From an uncultured Acidobacteriota bacterium (GTDB taxonomy: Bacteria; Acidobacteriota; Vicinamibacteria; Vicinamibacterales; 2-12-FULL-66-21), in contig CAWAXG010000075.1 in the NCBI GenBank assembly GCA_963785755.1, positions 676,837 to 740,836 of the forward strand: 64,000 bases of DNA, in the 5' to 3' direction. Every line of letters begins with the position of its first letter. The first letter of the stretch is position 1. The position numbers and the translations under genes were made by a program. Positions 61,137 through 64,000 of the stretch are shown here, in pieces. A model generated the notes under the pieces. The model saw only the letters and a program-made list of their open reading frames with translations, ran no database searches and was not told where the DNA came from.

Positions 61137-62555
61137 TCAGGCCTCGGTCCTGACATACTCGAAGTCGAGCGGCAGCCGGTTGATGCCCCGCAAAGGCGGC
61201 GCGATGTAGTTTGCGAACTTCCCGGGCTCGTACACCGGCTCCGCCATGATGCTGAGGAGGTAGTCGCGGTCCGCCGCCGAAGGCAGCCATTCGTGCTTCC
61301 GCCGTTCCCAGTCCTCATCGGAGATCGGCGCCCCGTTGGGGTCGAAGTGCAGCGCCGAGAACATGCCGATCCCGCGGTTGAACTTGCGATCGGGCAATCG
61401 TACCCGTTCGGACATGCCGTGGCGTTCGAAGATCTTGTTCCACCGCTCGATGCCCGCCTGGCAGTCGCCGACGTACCAGTCGCGCAGCACCTCGTTCATC
61501 GCGGTGCGCATCGGGATCGCGCGGCGCGTGAGCGTGCCTTCGGCGGCAACCTCGAGCTCGTAGAACTTGTCGACGACCACGTGATCGTCCCACTTCTCTT
61601 CCTGCGCCCGGCCCTTCAGGCCGTTGGCGAAGTACGACGCGGCGTTGGTCGAGATCTCGTTGCCGTGCAGATCGAGCGACAGGCTGAACCACAGGTTGAT
61701 GAACTTCTGGATCGTCGGCAGGTCGATCCCGCCAAGCCGGCGCACGTCCTCCGAGAACCCGGCCTGCTTCATCAGCTGGCAGGTGCGCTCGATGATGCGC
61801 GCGACGCCGGTTTCACCGACGAACATGTGGTGCGCTTCCTCGGTGAGCATGAACCGCGTCGTCCGCGACAGCGGATCCAATGAACTCTCGGACAGCGACA
61901 ACAGCTGCGACTTGCCATCGCGATCGGTGAACATGGTGAACATGAAGAAGTCGAGCCAGTTGTCGATCGGCTCGTTGAACGCGTCGAGGATGCGCGGCTT
62001 GTCCCGGTTGCCGCTCTGCCGCGCCAGCAGCTCCTCGGCCTCGTCGCGGCCGTCGCGGCCGAAGTAGGAGTGCAGCAGGTAGACCATCGCCCAGAGGTGC
62101 CTTCCCTCCTCGACATTCACCTGGAACAGATTGCGCAGATCGTACAGGCTCGGGCAGCGCTGGCCGAGCCATCGCTGCTGCTCGACGCTCGCGGGCTCGG
62201 TGTCCCCCTGCGTCACGATCAGGCGCCGGAGCTGATTACGGAATTCCCCGGGCACCTCGTGCCACACCGGCTGGCCGGCGAAATCGCCGAACCCGATGCG
62301 CCGGTCGTGGACTGGATCGGCCAGAAAGATGCCCCACCGGTATTCGGGCAGCTTCACGTACTCGAAGTGCGCCCACCCCGAGGGATCGACGCTCACCGCG
62401 GTGCGGACGTAGACCTGGTGATAGTCCTGGAACCCCTGCGGTCCCATGTCGCGCCACCACTGGATATACGCGGGCTGCCAGTGCTCGAGCGCCCGCTGCA
62501 GCCGCTTGTTGCTCGACAGACCGACGTTGTTGGGAATCTTTTCGGCGGAAATCAT
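61137..62555 (-). CDS. boxB: Benzoyl-CoA 2,3-epoxidase (oxygenase) component B
   Basis: 472 aa. N-terminus MISAEKIPNNVGLSSNKRLQRALEHWQPAYIQWW is typical of BoxB. Di-iron ExxH motifs NVEEGRHLW and LTEEAHHMF. Confidence 0.85.
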   Translation of the reverse strand: MISAEKIPNNVGLSSNKRLQRALEHWQPAYIQWWRDMGPQGFQDYHQVYVRTAVSVDPSGWAHFEYVKLPEYRWGIFLADPVHDRRIGFGDFAGQPVWHEVPGEFRNQLRRLIVTQGDTEPASVEQQRWLGQRCPSLYDLRNLFQVNVEEGRHLWAMVYLLHSYFGRDGRDEAEELLARQSGNRDKPRILDAFNEPIDNWLDFFMFTMFTDRDGKSQLLSLSESSLDPLSRTTRFMLTEEAHHMFVGETGVARIIERTCQLMKQAGFSEDVRRLGGIDLPTIQKFINLWFSLSLDLHGNEISTNAASYFANGLKGRAQEEKWDDHVVVDKFYELEVAAEGTLTRRAIPMRTAMNEVLRDWYVGDCQAGIERWNKIFERHGMSERVRLPDRKFNRGIGMFSALHFDPNGAPISDEDWERRKHEWLPSAADRDYLLSIMAEPVYEPGKFANYIAPPLRGINRLPLDFEYVRTEA

Positions 62556-62556
62556 T

Positions 62557-62676
62557 CACGTGCTCCGTGCTACGTGCTGGGTGCGAACGTGCCTCGTGCT
62601 ACATGCACACGTGCGGACGTGCCGATCGTGCTACGGGCTACGTGCGGACGTGCTTTTGTGCTACGTGCTTCGTGCC
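62557..62676. repeat. Family C simple-word array, copy C2 (single orientation)
   Basis: About 13 GTGC words at ~8-nt spacing (cacgtgct ccgtgct acgtgctgg gtgcga acgtgcct cgtgct ...), directly abutting the boxB start codon. Followed by an 8-bp stem cttccggc/gccggaag (62693-62712). Confidence 0.8.
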
Positions 62677-62759
62677 TCTCGCTACCTCGTGGCTTCCGGC
62701 TTCAGCCGGAAGGACCGTGCCCTTGCCGGAAGACTCTGGGCTTCAGCGGTCGACCATGA

Positions 62760-64000
62760 CTATGTCCTATTGAAATCGAACTCCGCCCTTCCCTGCGTCC
62801 CGTAGGCCGTCAGCGCGCCCTTCTCACCGACGGCGTTCGGCCGGATGAAGATCCAGTTCTGCCAGGCGGTGAGCCGGCCGAAGATCTTGGTTTCCATCGT
62901 TTCCGGTCCAGCGAAGCGCAGGTTGGCTTCCATCCCCGTCAGGGCGTCAGGCGACAAGGCGGCGCGGCTTTCGATTGCCAGGCGCACCTCGTCGTCCCAG
63001 TCCAGATCGTCCGGCGCGAATGACACGAGACCGGCCTCGAGCGCCTCTGACGCGTCGAACGGCTTGCTTTCCTCGAGCAGCTCGCCGACGAGCTCGGGCT
63101 GCGCGAGCAGGCGGGTCTCGAGGCGCGTGAGGCCGTTGCTCATCTTCAGCAGACCGCCGTTCATGCCCGAAAGCGCGATCGCGTTGGGGCGGTCCGGATC
63201 GTCGAGCATGTAGGAGCGATCCGCCGCGAGCGCGAGCTCGAACAGCGTGCCGGCAAAACAGCTCCCCGGCTCGATCAGCGCGAAGAAGCTGCGCGACGTC
63301 AGGTCCATGCGCTTCAGCGTTCGCTTGATCAGGTGCACGATTTCGCCGACGAGCCAGTGGGCCTGATGTTCGAGCAGGGCCGCGTCGACCGCAAGGACAT
63401 CCGCGGCGCTCCCCTGCGTCTTGACCACGACCGTGCCGATGAGCGACTCGTTCAAGCGAAGCCGCAGCAGCACGTCGTCGAGCTCGCGGAACGCGCGCAA
63501 TGGCCAGAATCGATCGCCCGCGGCGACGATGGCTTCAGGCGCCGCCGGCTGAGGTCCGTCCGGCGCGGTGATCGTCAACGTCGCGACCCGCTTCTCGCGA
63601 TCGATGTCCAGTGACACGGCGGAATAGCGAATCGTCGAGTCGCTGACGGTTGGACTGAGCGGATTCAGCTTGATGCCCGGTCCGGACGCCGGACGGCTCG
63701 AGAGCCCGGCCAGCTCATTGGCCCTGCGCGCCACGCGCTCCCTGAACTGGCTCGTCGGATGCACCGCGTCGACGAGGCGCCACTCGACGGCGCGCTTCCC
63801 CTTGACGCCTTCCGCCACCGTGCCGAAGAAGTCCGCGAGATCACGACGGACCTTCCGCTTGTCAACGAGACGAGTCAACCCGCCGGTGCCCGGCAGCACG
63901 CCGAGGAGCGGCGTTTCGGGAAGGCTGACCGCGGAATTGCCATCGTCGACGAGCAGGATCTCATCGCACGCCAGCGCGAGCTCGTAGCCGCCGCCGGCGC
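62760..64000 (-). CDS. boxC: 2,3-epoxybenzoyl-CoA dihydrolase / benzoyl-CoA-dihydrodiol lyase (partial, N-terminus beyond window)
   Basis: The frame is open to the window edge. A crotonase-fold segment ...GGGYELALACDEILLVDD...LPGTGGLTRL is followed by a long C-terminal domain. Immediately upstream of boxB. Confidence 0.75.
   Translation of the reverse strand, partial: AGGGYELALACDEILLVDDGNSAVSLPETPLLGVLPGTGGLTRLVDKRKVRRDLADFFGTVAEGVKGKRAVEWRLVDAVHPTSQFRERVARRANELAGLSSRPASGPGIKLNPLSPTVSDSTIRYSAVSLDIDREKRVATLTITAPDGPQPAAPEAIVAAGDRFWPLRAFRELDDVLLRLRLNESLIGTVVVKTQGSAADVLAVDAALLEHQAHWLVGEIVHLIKRTLKRMDLTSRSFFALIEPGSCFAGTLFELALAADRSYMLDDPDRPNAIALSGMNGGLLKMSNGLTRLETRLLAQPELVGELLEESKPFDASEALEAGLVSFAPDDLDWDDEVRLAIESRAALSPDALTGMEANLRFAGPETMETKIFGRLTAWQNWIFIRPNAVGEKGALTAYGTQGRAEFDFNRT

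Overview
High-GC bacterial chromosomal segment (GC not computed). The gene content (a TonB-dependent receptor with a carboxypeptidase-regulatory-like N-terminus, many exported PQQ/Gfo-type sugar oxidoreductases, RGG-rich exported proteins) suggests a soil Acidobacteriota-like organism, but this is a low-confidence guess. I can support about 49 protein-coding genes. (1) 93-4599: SDR + FAH-family hydrolase + FAD/Fe-S (GlcD/GlcF-like) oxidase. (2) 5.4-7.7 kb: two tandem exported SAM-methyltransferase-fold paralogues and a small exported protein. (3) 7.7-18.9 kb, minus strand: a sugar-oxidation locus with an orphan ABC ATPase, an EF-hand-containing ThuA-like protein, a TAT-exported Gfo/Idh/MocA oxidoreductase, a cytochrome c-fused PQQ sugar dehydrogenase, a TonB-dependent receptor and an aldose epimerase. 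(4) An IclR regulator and a 9x tandem-repeat BACON-like surface protein. (5) 22.6-34.0 kb, minus strand: a 10-gene aromatic operon, in transcription order pcaF, MetE-like, pcaH, pcaG, pcaB, pcaL, FadB-like, Fcs-like ligase, amidohydrolase_2. (6) A tri-haem cytochrome c + PQQ dehydrogenase + TIM-barrel sugar isomerase. (7) A translationally coupled rhaI-rhaM-MFS-isomerase operon. (8) A hybrid histidine kinase + REC/HATPase regulator, then VWA, DUF4159-like, NPP phosphodiesterase, DsbD-like and quinohaemoprotein genes. (9) boxC-boxB-aldehyde dehydrogenase-kynureninase-like genes of the aerobic benzoyl-CoA route, with boxC cut by the window end. I saw no rRNA, tRNA, CRISPR, transposase, integrase or phage genes. 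Two things stand out beyond gene content. First, at least 13 intergenic gaps are filled by elements built from short tandem words (CCAACT/AGTTGG, GGTTCA/TGAACC, ACGTGC, GGGATC, CTCGCT). Most are organised as long imperfect palindromes with conserved termini. I do not recognise them as a described repeat family, and they are my best candidate for something new. Second, at least 18 apparent single-base frameshifts hit 11 otherwise intact genes, often in homopolymers or GGC-rich runs. Assembly indel error explains this most economically, so every pseudogene call here is provisional.
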